DNA of 62,042 bases, counting the filler, from Choristocarpus tenellus KU-1152 (lineage: Eukaryota; Protista; Phaeophyceae), in the NCBI GenBank assembly GCA_964200185.2. It is 10 parts of 10 records of this genome, joined end to end, with 100 filler letters (N's around TTAATTAATTAA, not from the genome) between each part and the next. Parts side by side here need not be neighbours in the genome. Positions count along the whole stretch, not along the records: positions 58,605 to 62,042 come from CAXNAD020020026.1; 9 more parts are not named here. The stretch is one strand, 5' to 3'. The notes beneath the pieces were generated by a model that was given only the letters and a program-made list of their open reading frames with translations, was not told where the DNA came from and made no database searches. The number at the start of each line of letters is the position of its first letter. Position 1 is the stretch's first letter. Below are positions 61,801 to 62,042 of the stretch, piece by piece. The position numbers and the translations under genes are program-made.

Positions 61801-62042
61801 ATGTACATGACTGACTGTCCCAACAAGAAACCTCGACTTATATAAGCAAATGACGGAAACTTCATGTTCCTTGTTAAGCCGACTGACTGTGAAAGATGGT
61901 ATGGAAATATAGTTAGGACCTATGCAATAGAATGTATATTGATTCACCAGTCATGGATGGGCTTGATTGAGGGTACAATTGCCCAGTAAACAGGGGAATC
62001 TCAAAATTGAGGAAGGCGCGGGACTATGAGGATGGTTTTTCT

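Noticed and set aside
58850-62042. Short ORFs in the last contig
   Set aside because: AT-rich intron-like sequence without motifs; only one weak exon candidate near 59958-60018.

Overview
This is intron-rich eukaryotic nuclear DNA, most likely a stramenopile and probably a brown alga (inferred from gene content and exon/intron style). Nine identical 100-nt linkers (N-run, TTAATTAATTAA, N-run) split it into 10 contigs, so adjacency across them is unproven. Most short ORFs in the supplied track are noise; the real genes emerge only after splicing GT-AG exons by hand. Supported genes are a PDZ-like/multi-PA-domain protein (+), histone-fold POLE3/DPB4 (-), the 5' part of condensin II CAP-D3 (-), a BioD-like/Pta-N (AAA_26) P-loop protein (+), an ICMT/PEMT-family membrane methyltransferase fragment (+), a U1 snRNA gene (+), WDR76/CMR1 (-) and a dienelactone hydrolase (+). 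The standout is a spliced reading frame (30624-37930) that fuses a bacterial-type AccA carboxyltransferase directly to the pyruvate-carboxylase linker helix and carboxyltransferase barrel, in the place where the biotin-carboxylase domain normally sits. This is a candidate single-chain acyl-CoA:pyruvate transcarboxylase. Intergenic and intronic DNA carries decayed Gypsy, Copia, pogo and mariner elements, two MITE families and many simple repeats.
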